DNA of 64,000 nt from Octopus sinensis (taxonomy: Eukaryota). This document shows positions 39,522 to 52,260 of this stretch, one piece after another (positions within the stretch are counted from its first letter, which is position 1; each line of letters starts with the position of its first letter). The DNA lies in contig NC_043009.1 in NCBI RefSeq assembly GCF_006345805.1, forward strand, positions 37,696,001-37,760,000, written 5' to 3'. Below the pieces are notes generated by a model. That model made no database searches, was not told where the DNA came from, and saw nothing but the letters and a program-made list of their open reading frames with translations. A program made the translations under genes and the position numbers.

Positions 39522-40168
39522 GAAGTATATAGTGTAATTATAAATATAAATAAATAAATATAAATACCATATTGTATTATATATCATGGTTACTATAGAG
39601 AGAAGTTACAAACTCCTTCACACTATAGAAATTACACCTGTATATATGAGGGTATATAGATATATAAAATACAATAATATAATATAAGAAAAAGAATAAA
39701 TAAAATAAAATAAAGCAAAATAGAAGGAAATAATATTTGTATAAAATTTCAATAAGGGATTTTGTGAATGCCTTAAAATATGTATCAGATATAAAAGTGA
39801 TAAAAAATAAAAAATAAGGATAAGTCAAGGTATTCATAACAAAAGCTAATTAAAAAATAAATGAAGTAACCCATGCTATGCCCAACCCACGCTAGCATGG
39901 AAAACGGACGTTAAACGATGATGATACCATTGGAAATGGTTTTATAAGATATTTGCAAGATATATTACTACAGGCACAGATGTGTGTAGAATCATAACTG
40001 TTCTTGGGGGGTATTTACTATACTTAAGTGAGGTGTAGGTTCTGGTAATCCAATGTAAATATACTTATTATGACTGATAGGGAAGAAAGTCGGTGAACTG
40101 AAGGGGAATAGTGTAATCTAAGTATAGGAAAAAGGCAGATTAAACAGGTAGGGGTTATAAGATGGTAA

Positions 40169-40509
40169 TCTCTGTATACATAAACGGTAAAATGTCTGTG
40201 TGTGTATCCTTTATACAAATCCACAATTTTTCAGTTAGAGGGCTTGCACTTTCTATGGTCATTCAAAACCGTCCGAGGGTGGTCGTGCACATCTTTACAT
40301 TTCCCCAGTCACCCCGCAAAGCCATTAAAAAATCAATAGGAGTGACTTTTTTGTGAATTTTCTATCCAAAACCCAATCAAAATGCCCGAAACTTGATACG
40401 CCAATTGAATGCCAGCTAGCTGTATGTTATTGGTCAGAGATTTGGACAGTACTCGCATGTATGTGCGCATGCATACAGCTGTATATGCATGCACAGGTCA
40501 TAGTGCTAG
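40169..40509 (+). mobile_element. Non-autonomous Helitron
   Basis: A|TC 5' end, CTAG|T 3' end, subterminal palindrome gcatgcatacagctgtatatgcatgc, and no TSD. Confidence 0.7.
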
Positions 40510-41019
40510 TATTACATAAAATTCCATATAAAAGAGGGTTTGATATGAAAGATATGACACTCCAAATAATTTCTGTCACCAAATTATAGTATACTAAGTA
40601 TAATATTATTTGTTTCTAAAATATTTGAAGGTACGGGTGATTCTATGCATACAAGATATCCTAAGGTCTAATCTATTATTAATTAGGTTATAAGGCAGCG
40701 AGCTGGCAGAAACATTAGCACGCCAGGCGAAATGCTTAGAAGTATTTTGTCTGTCTTTACGTTCGGAGTTCAAATTCTACCGAGGTCGACTTTGCCTTTC
40801 ATCTTTTCGGGGTTGATAAATTAAGTACCAGCTGCATACAGGAGTTGATCTAATTGACTGGCCCTCTCCCACCAAAACTTCAGGCCTTGTGCCTAGAGTA
40901 GAAAAGATTATTAATTAAGTTATTTTTATCACTGTACTTTAAAATACGAGATACCCTAAGGGTCTAATCTATTATTAATTAGCTTATCCTTATCTCTATA
41001 CTTAAAAATTTTGTAAATT

Positions 41020-42190
41020 TCCATACACTATTTGCAAGCCATATGCTACAGATGTGTCCTGGAGAGAAAGGCCACAGTACACAAGAACAAAATCCCCAGG
41101 GAGAGGAAAGTTCTTATGAAACAGCGTGCAAAAATTTCAAATAAGCTAAAGAAAAGAATTGAAAGCTGTGAAAAATCCCACCTGAAAATACAACTGCTGG
41201 AGATTGAAAAAAACCTGCAACTCTACCATGACAAAGAAAGAGTAGACAAAGAAGCCTGGGCTATAGACAATATAAAATCTAACCCCAGAGCCTTCAACAA
41301 GTTTGCTAAAGAAACAGCCTCAGTGCACTGCAGACTGGGGCCACTTCTTGAAAAAGATGGTTCATTCACAGGAAACCCAATAAGGATAAGTGAAATACTA
41401 AATTAGTAATTCAAAAGTGTTTTCACTCCACTCCTAGGACACTTCCAAGTCAGCAATCTAGCTGACATTTTTTGCCACTGCAAATATAAAAACAGAGGCA
41501 GTGATGATTGATTACATCAATATAAAAGAAAACGATTAAATACACTGGACCTGGAGGGACTGCAATCCCAAAGACACAGTTAGTGCGAGACCTGGGCATT
41601 TACATGAGTAATGATGCATCCTTCCATGTGCATGTTGCTAAATTGGCAATGAAATGCAGGCAGCTGACTAGATGGATTCTTAGAACTTTTAGAACAAGAG
41701 AGAGATCAGGAAACCATAATGGTCCTCTGGAGAACATTTGTCGTAAGCCACTCTGACTATTACGCCCAGCTACGGTCACCAGACAATGTAAAATTAATTG
41801 CAGAACTTGAGGCAATCCAATGAAGCTACACGAAGAAGGTAGCCTCTATGCAACATATAAGCTACTGGGAAAGACTCAAGAGATTGAGACTCTATTCCCT
41901 GCAGTGTAGGCAAGAAGGATATGCCATAATACACGTCTGGAAGATTCTAGAGGGACTTAACCCCAAACTTTGGCATTGAGAGTTACACTAATGCTAGAAC
42001 AGGGCACTACTGCATAGTGCCAGAGACTCCAACTTTGCCATCAAAATATCGGACAAGATGTTGCAACAGGCTGGGTTTTAAAAGCCCACAGCTCTTCAAT
42101 ATCTTTCTGAAGGACCTGAAAGACCTACATGGGGTGACTGTAAATGTCTTCAAAATGAAACTAGATCTCTTACTGTCGAGTGTCCCGGAT
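41020..42190 (+). pseudogene. CR1-group LINE ORF2 remnant with the RT core deleted
   Basis: IDNIKSNPRAFNKFAK...ISEILN*.FKSVFT joins at about 41540 to YTGPGG...VRDLGIYMSND; same family as 46260-47180. Confidence 0.85.
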
Positions 42191-42249
42191 ATTTAACACT
42201 GTACATAATATAATTTGACATGCAATAATGTGCAAGATCATATAACAAC

Positions 42250-43165
42250 CTTGACAACAGTGTTAAAATGGTGACCTTTGAGCTGCAGTTTCATCTTGAG
42301 TAAGAGATGATAGCCTGCAGGTGCTAAATCTGGTGAATAGGATTGTTGCGGAAGTGATACCATGTTGTTTTTGGCAAGAAACTCACAAGTGAGGAGAGCT
42401 TGGTGACAGGGAGCATTGTTGTCATGAAGAATCCAATTCTTTGTGCTCCACAGATCTGACTGCTTTCACTGAATGTCTTCCCTCAAATGCTCGAATTTTC
42501 AGTTGATGGTGGCCCTGGGGGATGAATGATGCACAATGCTGCGGATGTTGGGAAAAATGATGAGCATACTCTTGATTGAGCTGTGGCTCTGCCATGTCTT
42601 CTTTGGTTGTGCAGATGAATGTGCTGACTGCTGATTCATTTCAGGGTCATACTTGTAGACCCAACCCTTGTCACTGGTGACCATCCTCAACATGAAGGAT
42701 AGGTCATCAGCAACATGCTGATGGAGATCTTGATAGGCATCAATGCAATGTGGTCAGCAGGCAGAGACATGCTGCATGTTCAATTCAGACATTATGATTG
42801 CTTGCACAGACCCATACAACAGACCAACAACATCAGCAATATTGTTGATTGTCTTCTGAAAATCCTCATACACAAGGTGATGAATTTTTTCCACATTTCC
42901 AGGGCTGACGCTCATTGCAGGTCTTCCAGATCACTCAGCGTCTTCCAGGGAAGATCTTCCGCTTTTGAAGCATCCATGCCACTTGAAGCATTGATTCCTT
43001 GCCATAAGCTTGCCAAAGCATGCTCAATGTCACTGTAGTAGACTTCCTAAGTTTAATGCAAAATTTCACATTGGCTCTTGGTTCCAACTTCCTGTCCATG
43101 ATAAAATTGCAGACTACAGCATACACATGATCACAAAAACACAAATTTCACAACTTGTGAAGTAA
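42250..43165 (-). pseudogene. Mariner transposase remnant
   Basis: LEPRANVKFCIKLRKSTTVTLSML, VTSDKGWVYKYDPE, KSMLIIF, ILHDNNAPCH. Confidence 0.9.
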
Positions 43166-43236
43166 GGGCATATGGCGTAGTGGTTAAAAGCACGGGCTAC
43201 TAACCCCAAGATTCCGAGATCGATTTCAAGCAGTGA

Positions 43237-43308
<72 letters not shown>

Positions 43309-43500
43309 TGATAATAATAGTAACAACATTGAAAAATACCTTAGGAATGAGAACCCAGGTTCGAAATTTCCCCAAGGCACCTGATAAGGCTGGAGGGTAT
43401 ATCAGCCGAAATGTTGTGTTAACAACAAGCAAGATGGGGACAAATATCTGTCAAATGTAAATAATGTATCTAATTCCTCATATCTTAAATATAGAACTGC
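43166..43500 (+). mobile_element. tRNA-headed SINE carrying (AAT)n and a hammerhead-ribozyme motif
   Basis: A box TGGCGTAGTGG at 43173-83; anticodon-like arm GGG-CTACTAA-CCC; degenerate B box; then gcac-CUGAUAA-GGCUG-10 nt-CAGCC-GAAA-U-GUU-gugu at 43377-43419. Confidence 0.7.
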
Positions 43501-46259
43501 AAGACATTTCTTATTTCACTCAATCATAATTAGTCTGGGAATATTTAATAGACAACACGGCCAACACTGGAGTGTCTTTGATCATAAGTCCACTAGTTGA
43601 AGGATTACCTCTGACCTAGGGTTAATCAATGCCAACAACATTAGTTTTAGTAGTATGTGCTAATACCAGTGGTGTAGGAAGCGTATGTGTCACCCAAGGG
43701 AGTAGTTGAATGGAATATCAGATAAAATCCTATGACATAATCTCTGTAGAATGAAAGGTAAATTTGACTGTCATGAAAATTTAAATGGTGAAAAGTTATA
43801 AGAATGTCCTCTGAGATAACTGTGGTAATAAATTATAAATGGCATGTCATGCATTTCATTTGAACCTATTATAGAATAGTAAGCAAGCAACCATTATCTG
43901 AACGAGGTCACTAGAAATTCTTAATGTAAGGTATGACTAAATATAGTGAGGCATTTAATCCTCCCCCTAACAAGTTCGACTAGTCATTGTTCTGTACCTT
44001 TTCTTTCTTTCAGCTATGGTAATGATGATGAATTGTAACCTAGGCATAAGACCAATCATTTAGGAAGGGTTGGGTATAGTGACTCTCAAATAGGATTAGA
44101 TTAACCATAAAGCAAAATATGTTCTTAGAACACCAAAAGAAGGCAGTACCATAAATTTGAAATGTTTTGTATTGTCAGTGAATGATAAAAGTCACTGATA
44201 AAAAGCTACTCGTTTAACTAGAATAAATTCACAGGAAAAAAAAATGTCATCTTCCATTGAATACTATAAATGTCAATGTATTTAAACAATTGCTATTCTA
44301 AATCATTTATCAACTAATAATACATGTCCTGTACACAAAGCCTATTTAATTTATGTAATGGAATTACATGCATGTAAAAAAAACAATCATGTTTTATTTT
44401 ATTTCTTAAAATAAAAAAATTAACCAAAAAAGATCATAAAGTCATTCATCTATTGAAGTATGTAACACAAACATGTTGAAGTAAATTTATATGGCATTAT
44501 ATCTCTTCTATCTTTTACTTGTTTCAGTCATTGGACTACAGCCATGCTGGGGCACCCCTTTGAAGGGATTAATTGAATATATTGACCATGGACTTTTTTT
44601 TCATTTAAAGTCTGGTAGTTTTTCAGGTTGTCTCTTGCCAAACTGTGAATTTTACAGGGATGTAAACAAACTAGCACCTGTTGTCAAGTTAATGATGGGG
44701 AGAGAGGTGGTGGGGTAAACACAGACACAATCCACCCACCCACACCTTTACACATATCTATGCAGGATGTATTTCCACAGTTTCTATCTACCAAATTCAT
44801 GTACAAAGCATTGGTCAGCCTAGGCTTTAGCAGAATGTATTTTAGGTCTCTCACAAAGGACCTTAATAATTAAGTAGGGTGATATGATCACAAATCATTG
44901 ATTCTTACCCCTTCTTGAAGTGTATCTTAGACAAATGGAGCCACTTCTTCCTCTGTTGTTGGTAGTGGGGACACTTAGGTCACTGGTGGTCACTTACCCC
45001 TTCCCCCTTGATAACAAGCCAATTAACCCCTGTATTTTTCTGAAATCCCCTCCCACTGAACTGATTGAATGTACATTGTTTTGGTAAGCTCATTCTGCAA
45101 CCGAACTAGTGGCAGAATCATTGAATATGTATGTTGCCATGGGTTTTGAATTATTTAAAAAATTATTTTAAATGTCCTTGATTGTAAGATTCATGTATTC
45201 ATCTGAAGAAAACGTTTTTTTTTTCTGTATCGCCTTACTGGCACTTGTGCTGGTGGCACGTGAAAAAACATTCAAGCAAGGTCGTTGCCAGTGCCGCTGG
45301 ACTGGCTCCTATGCAGGTGGCACATAAAACGCACCATTTGAGCGTGGGCACTGCCAGTACCACCTGACTGACCCTTGTGCTGGTGGCATGTAAAAGCACT
45401 CACTACACTCACGGAGTGGTTGGCATTAGGAAGGGCATCCAGCTGTAGAAGCCTGCTGCAGCCATCTTGTTCACCAGTCCTCAGTCAAATCATCCAACCC
45501 ATGCTAGCATGGAAAGCAGACGTTAAACAATTATGATGATGATGATATATACATACATATATATATGTACAAATATATACCGTAAATTCCAGACTACAGA
45601 GCTTACCTGATTAAAAGCCGCATGCTCTAATTTTATAGAAAGAATATCAATTTTGTACTTGTACAGGCCACACTGGATTTTAAACTGCAGGTGTCCAACG
45701 TTGTAATATGAGATATTTACACAGAAAGATATTACATGTGAGAATTATTTAACTTTTAATTTAATCCGTATGGTAACATAAGCAAACACATATTGCAAAT
45801 GCTTTTTTTTGAACAGTGCCTATAACACGGCTACATTTAAATATACGTACGTATCAGTAACACTCAAATTATGTTGCTTATGCTTTTTTACTGAACAGTG
45901 CACGAACAACATTTGTCCTAATGACCGGTATATATATATATTATTATATATATAATATATATAAAATGAGATTGCTGTTATGTAATGGTGTAATAAAGTA
46001 TTGATTGGGTATTATCTGATGGTTGATGATTGATTGATTTAAGTATGTTTCTCCATTTTCTCATTTTGTATATATATATATATATATATATACAAAATGA
46101 GAAAATGGAGAAACACTTAAATCAATCAATCATCAACCATCAGTTAATACCCAATCAATACTTTATATATTATATAATATATATATATATATAATATATA
46201 TATATAATATATATAAATATATATAAATATATATATATATATATAATATTATATAATAT

Positions 46260-47177
46260 ATGATTGATTGATGATTGATTGATTCTAGTTTCAGCTTATG
46301 AGCTGTGGCCATGCTGGGGCACCGCCATTTGGTGTTGCTACTTGGTTCCACTTCATGAAGGCTTTCTAGTAACTGCTATTTGGTGCATGAGAGAGTTCGA
46401 TGCAGCTGCCCTCATCTGCCCCTCCTGCCGTGAAGTTGGTTCATCTGGGACACCTGACAGGAAGAGATCCAGCTTCATTTTAAAGACATCTGCATCCACC
46501 CCATGCAGGTCTCTCAGGTTCTTCGGGAGGATATTGAAGAGCTGTGGGCCTCGGAAGCCCAGGCTATCACAGAATCTTGTCCTACATCTTGATGGCAAGT
46601 TTGGAGTCCTAGGCACCACGCAGTGGCGCCCAGTTCTGGCATTTGCGTAACTCTCGATGCCAAAGTTCAGGACACTTCCCTCCAGGATCTTCCAGATGTA
46701 TATTATGGCATATCTTTCCCGCCTACGCTCCAGGGAATATAGTTTTAATCTCTTGAGTCTTTCCCAGTAGCTTACATTCTGCATAGAGGCTATCTTCTTC
46801 GTGTAGCTACGTTGGATCGCCTCGAGCTCTGTGATCAACTTGACACTGGATGGTGACCATAACTGAGAGCAGTAGTCAAAGTGGCTTAGGACAAGTGTCC
46901 TCCAGAGGACCATCATGGTTTCTTGTTCTCTTGTTCTAAAGGTTCTGAGGATCCATCCGGCCAGTCGTCTACATTTCATTGCCAATTTAGCAACATGTAC
47001 ACGAAAGGTTGCGTCATTACTCATGTAAATACCTAGGTCACGCACTGATTGTGCCTCTGGGATTGCTATTCCTCCGGGTCCAGTGTATTCATTGGGTATT
47101 GCATTTAGTTTTGCATGCTGATAGTATAGAGCTTGAAACTTTTCAGCATTGAACTGCATGCTATTCTTTTCAGCCCA

Positions 47178-47180
<3 letters not shown>
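46260..47180 (-). pseudogene. CR1-group LINE 3' end (268-aa open RT C-terminus, 3'UTR, (AATC)n tail)
   Basis: MQFNAEKFQ, VRDLGIYM, SHFDYCSQLWSP, LEAIQRSYTK, YWERLKRLKLYSLERRRERY, FRGPQLFNILP. Confidence 0.92.
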
Positions 47181-47241
<61 letters not shown>

Positions 47242-47250
47242 ATATATATA

Positions 47251-47293
<43 letters not shown>

Positions 47294-47407
47294 TCATCAT
47301 CATCATCGTTTAACGTCTAGCATGGAGAACGGACGTTAAACGATGATGATGATGATGATGATATATATATATATATATACACACACTCCAGTCTCCCAGG
47401 TCAAAAG

Positions 47408-48594
47408 TCATTGATCGCCTTCTTCATCTTCTTCCTGCGCACTGAAGCCATCAAAGTCTTCTTCTTCTGTGTATGAATTGAACAGCCTCAGGATCTCATC
47501 ACTCACTTCAGCCTCTTCGTTGTCACTCTCACTTGAGCACACCGGGTCCTCTTCATCATGCAGCAGTTCAGCTTTTCGAAACCCGTTGGTGATGGTGGAT
47601 GTTTTGACATAGCTCCACGCATTTAGGATCCACTGGCAGACTTGAGTGAAAGATGCTCTTCGCATGTGACCTGTTTTGGTGAAGGATTTCTTGCCGCTCA
47701 TCATCCAGTCCTCCCACTCACGGTGCAGTGCCACTTTAAATGCCTGGTTCACGCTGATGTCCAGTGGATGCAAATACTTGGTGGTTCCCCGAGGAATCAC
47801 AGCTGGTATTAAGTTTGCACTTTTGATAGTAGCTTTCACTGAATCTGTTATATGGGCCCTCATGCTGTCCATAATGAGCAATGCTTTTTTTTTGTGAAAA
47901 AATCCCTCAGGTCGCTTGGCGTAGCACTCTCTGAGCCAATTCTTCATTAGGCTCTCCATCATCCAACCTTTCTTAGTGACTTTCACCACGGTTTGTTTTG
48001 GGAATTTTTCCTTTGGCATTGTCAGTCGCTTAAAAATCACCATTGGTGGAAGCTTTAGTCCGGATGCTGTGCAGCTCAGAACACAGGTAAAATACATTCT
48101 CTCATGGCCACTTGTTTTCAGTGTGATGGACGAGTCACCTTTTTTATTAACAGTCTGAGTAAGAGGCAGGTCAAACATCAAAGGTACTGCTGACACAAAG
48201 TCGTGCTTGCCCTGACGGACAGGCCTTTTCTTCTCATAAATCTAAAACACCACGACAGCCCACCTCTAAAATCTTTGATTTTCATTTCGGTGGCAATTGT
48301 TTTAGCCTTCAGTCTGATCTGCACAGTGGAAACACTGCAGCTGCTTGCTCTCTGTGTGTTAACCCAGTCTTCAAGAAAGTTTTCAAGTTCGGGCTATCTG
48401 CTATGGTTACCTCTGAAAGCTTTTGTCGTCTTTTTGCACTGACTCAGTTCTTCCTGCTGGCGTCTCCACCATCTCAGCATCAATTCATTTATGCCAAGTT
48501 TACGTGCAGCAGCTCAATTTCCTTCTTCAACCGCCAGATTTATTGCTTTCAACTTAAAAGCTGCATCATATGCTTTTCTTTGAGTGTTTTCCAT
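47408..48594 (-). pseudogene. pogo transposase (BrkDBD-like, CENP-B HTH and DDE_1 domains), disrupted
   Basis: MENTQRKAYDAAFKLKAI... with stops. A deletion after TTLCQQ removes the first catalytic D region. The C-terminal part is open, with MDSMRAH-x-LHPLDISVN (35 residues between the two D). Confidence 0.92.
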
Positions 48595-49129
48595 GTTGAT
48601 AAGGGTGAATACAAATGACTGCTTTACAATACCAGTAATTGAATTGTGAAAGTGCTCTTGATTTATCGCACAATTTCATTGAATCTCTGTGACCTACTCA
48701 TCAATTTGATTGGTCTATGTTACAAGGCAAAATGTTTTTCATGGCATGACAAAAAAAACATGCATTATCTGCACCATAGTATTGGCCACAATGTTCAAAG
48801 TGTGGGTGGAAAAGTAGCAGACATACAGACACTAGCACTCATTATTGTTGTTTGTTCCTTCTCAAGCCATGCCTGGCTCATAAGGGCCAGTTTCCCGGTT
48901 TCATTGGCATATAGGTTCCCCACTTGGAAGGGACACCTGTCCTTTGCAGGTGAACTGCTAGCAACAGGAGGAAAGAGTGAGAGAAAGTTGTGGTGAAAGA
49001 GTCAGCAATGGTTCGCCATCACCTTCCGCCAGAGACACGTGGAGCTTAGGTGTTTCACTCATAACCACATTCATCACCCAGTCAGAGATTTGAACCTACG
49101 ATCCCTTGACTGTGAGTCTGCTGCGCTAT

Positions 49130-49520
49130 CATCATAATCATTGTTCGACCATGGTCAAGACAATGGAATTTACCATGCTACACCAGACTTCACGGTCCAT
49201 CATAGCATTACGGAGGTCCTGTTGCTGGATGCCTGTATCTCTGGAGATTACATCAGGGTAGGAGAGTGTGCACCCTCTGGTATTGCGAGTAGATGGCTTC
49301 CAGAGGAGAAGAGTAGAAATTGCCTCGTTTTCAGCTCTACAACAATGTCCAGCAAACTGGACTCTCCTACCTTTCACAAGAGATGACACAGGTGGTAGTT
49401 TCCCATATATTTGCATTTTGGTTGGATGACGCTTCCACGAGAGATTTTGAGCTTTCATAAGGAGGCGAGTGTAGGTTCTATCCAACCGCCTTTCAAGCTT
49501 CTTTGATAACGTCCAGGTTT
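49130..49520 (-). mobile_element. LINE 3' end (RTE-group) nested in SINE family C (48850-49570)
   Basis: LDRTYTRLLMKAQNLSWKRHPTKMQIYG...FAGHCCR...AMMDREVW with a (GAT)n-like tail. Confidence 0.85.
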
Positions 49521-49603
49521 CAAAGAAGAAGAAGCCGCTGCTCTAACCACTAGGCCATGTGTCTCCACACACTCACTATTAGTCAATATTTATTATTTTC
49601 TGT

Positions 49604-50130
49604 ATGAGGGCATTCACTAAAACAATTAAGAGCATGACTGATCTTGACCGTTGGGACTGCCTAAAAGCATTGAAACTCTATTCTCTCCAGTGCCGCCAAG
49701 AACATTACATCATTTGCACAATGTGGAGAATATCCACCAGTATTGCCCAAATGACCTTAACATTAGTTTCAGAATTCATCCAAGGCTAGGACCATGGGCC
49801 ATATGCCCCTACCCAATTCGGGATCATAACATATAAATACTCTGCAACACAATTTCTTTTCCTCAACAGGCCCTGCCCTATTTAACATTGTCCCAAAATA
49901 GATCAAAGAGGAAAAGGATCCCATCACCTTTAAATGGAATCTGGACAAATTTCTTCAAGGAATATCAGATAAGCCACCTATACCTGGATGCAATTCACTC
50001 AACAAGAACTCCCTTCTTGAATGGGCCATGATACCACAAAACTTGACTTAAAAAGGATTTAGCTAATCCTATCAGGTGGGGCTGTTAAGTTAGACATGGC
50101 CTGGACCAATCTTTGGTCAAAACATATCTA
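49604..50130 (+). pseudogene. CR1-group LINE 3' fragment
   Basis: RAFTKTI...WDCLKALKLYSLQCRQEHYII...GPALFNIVP...FKWNLDKFL. Confidence 0.8.
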
Positions 50131-50675
50131 AATTATATAAGTTATCTAATATACTTTGTGTGTATTCTTGTTTTTTATGACAGCATGTACTCAAAGTTGT
50201 GAATTGAATACCTTGTTTTGATAACCTGAAATTTCTTTTGCTTCGTTTGTGTCTATGCATTTTATTATATTAAACCACACAGTGTATTTTATTACACTTC
50301 ACTGCACTGTCATACTACTCTATGCTGAAGGTAATACAGGTAAATCTGACACATTTCCATGTCTGCCATGTAGGTTTAAATATATTACATCATACTTTGA
50401 TTACTGGGTTTCTTGTCAAGGCTTCTGATATTAAACAAAGCATTGAACATTTGTAGTATGCAAATTAGTAGTCCTGGTTCTGGAGCTACTAGAGTTGATC
50501 TATGTATATATAAATGAATTGGTTGCTCTGGGTTTGATTGAGTGATATTGGTAACCTCAATAAGAGACCCCAATAACTGCTAAAAATAAATTTAGGAATT
50601 TCATTATTTTTTCGGTTCATGGAGTAATAAGTGAGTTTGACATGTTTGTGTGTCTTTTATGAGAGCCAAGATATG

Positions 50676-50721
<46 letters not shown>

Positions 50722-51856
50722 GGCTTGCAGCATATCCTGTGCATACATTTTAGTAATAGTAATGTAGCACTCATCAGCAGATGTGTAGTGCTTGCTATTA
50801 AGTGGTGTTTTACTACTATAAGCACCAAGCATTCCACCTATAGAGCAGGCTACAGTAAGGTAGCCACACAATTTTGTGACTTATTTCTACATACAGGATA
50901 ATATGATACCTTGACCCACAAATGTCCTGCTGTTCGTGAAATATTAGGGTCAACTTAAATAGGATCTATGGAAAATTTTCCAACTTTTGGGCTAAAAATA
51001 GGGTGTCACATTTACATGAAATCACCTATTACTCGAGTATATACAGTATCATCATCATCATCATCATCATCGTTTAGCGTCCGTTTTCCATGCTAGCATG
51101 GGTTGGACGGGTCAACTGGGGTCTGTGAAGCTGGAAGGCTTCGTCAGGCCCAGTCAGATCTGGCAGTGTTTATACGGCTGGATGCCCTTCCTAACGCCAA
51201 CCACTCTGCGAGTGTAAGTATATATATATATATATATATATACAAATTGAGATAGGGGTTGTACATGCAACCCTCCATGGGATAACATATATCCAATATA
51301 CCGCTAGTGAAGTACCCAACAAAGTTAATACATAAATGTTAAGGATTGTGATGCAATCAATTCATTTACCATGCAAGAGGTTGTACTGGGTTACATGTTA
51401 CCAGTAGCACTCAAAACTAACCTGACATATATATATGTATATATATATATATATATATACAAGATAAGAAAATGGAGAAATACATCTAAATCAAATATCA
51501 ATTACCAGATAATACTCAATCACATACTTTATTAAACCACCACATAAGAGACTGTAGGGTTAAACATAAAAAAGCAGAACAAATCAGTGTACATAAAAAA
51601 GTGTACATAAAAGAGTAATGTTTTATAATAAGTAGAATATATATAAAAGAGAATATAAATATAAGTAAGTATAAATATAAGTATAGATTACATCTTACAG
51701 CTGTTTCAGCCATGTAGATTAGTATGTCTCATTTTACCAATATTAGCCAATATATATATATATATATATATATTAGAGAAATAAAATATATCTTTTTAAA
51801 ACATACAACTAGATCACAAAAATTATAAAAATGAATAATCAAAATATAAGTAAAAA

Positions 51857-51958
51857 AACTACATACGTTTTATGGCTATAATTAAATTCAAATTACAATT
51901 AAATTTAAAATTTAATCGAAAATCAATTCAATTTAAAATTATAGTCACTCTTCAGGTT
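51857..51958 (-). ncRNA. Hammerhead ribozyme motif (GAAA mutated to AAAA)
   Basis: AAC-CUGAAGA-GUGACUAUAAUU...AAUUAUAGCCAU-AAAAC-guau-GUA-GUU; stems I, II and III are all present. Confidence 0.5.
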
Positions 51959-52041
51959 ATTATATATTGATTATTCATTTTTATAATTTTTGTGATCTAG
52001 TTATATGTTTTAAAAAAATATATTTTATTTTCTATTTATGA

Positions 52042-52260
52042 TTTCGTTACCAACCTGGCCAAAACTGGCTCTGGCTCTGTAGTACAAATGTCTTGTTTTC
52101 ATAAGTTTTGCATTAGAATATACCACCAAACCTTAGTCGCAATTTATGTTCCTAACACTTGTTTAATGATAACTAAGTAATTTTACTAAATTCTTTGTTA
52201 TATTTAAAATAATTGAAAGAAATACAGAGCATCTCAAAATAAATATAGTAACGAAAGGGT
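52042..52260. mobile_element. piggyBac-type MITE copy
   Basis: Matches 37302-37520 and ends aaaggg|TTAA. Confidence 0.8.

Larger units (their letters stand above)
45580..48830 (-). mobile_element. pogo-superfamily (DD35D, Passer/POGK-like) DNA transposon with nested insertions
   Basis: TA|ccgtaaattccagactacag terminus at 45580, transposase at 47408-48594, and a degenerate other end near 48830. Confidence 0.8.

Noticed and set aside
43166-43240. Functional tRNA gene
   Set aside because: Degenerate B box and acceptor stem, and it runs directly into a repeat body, so it is treated as a SINE head.
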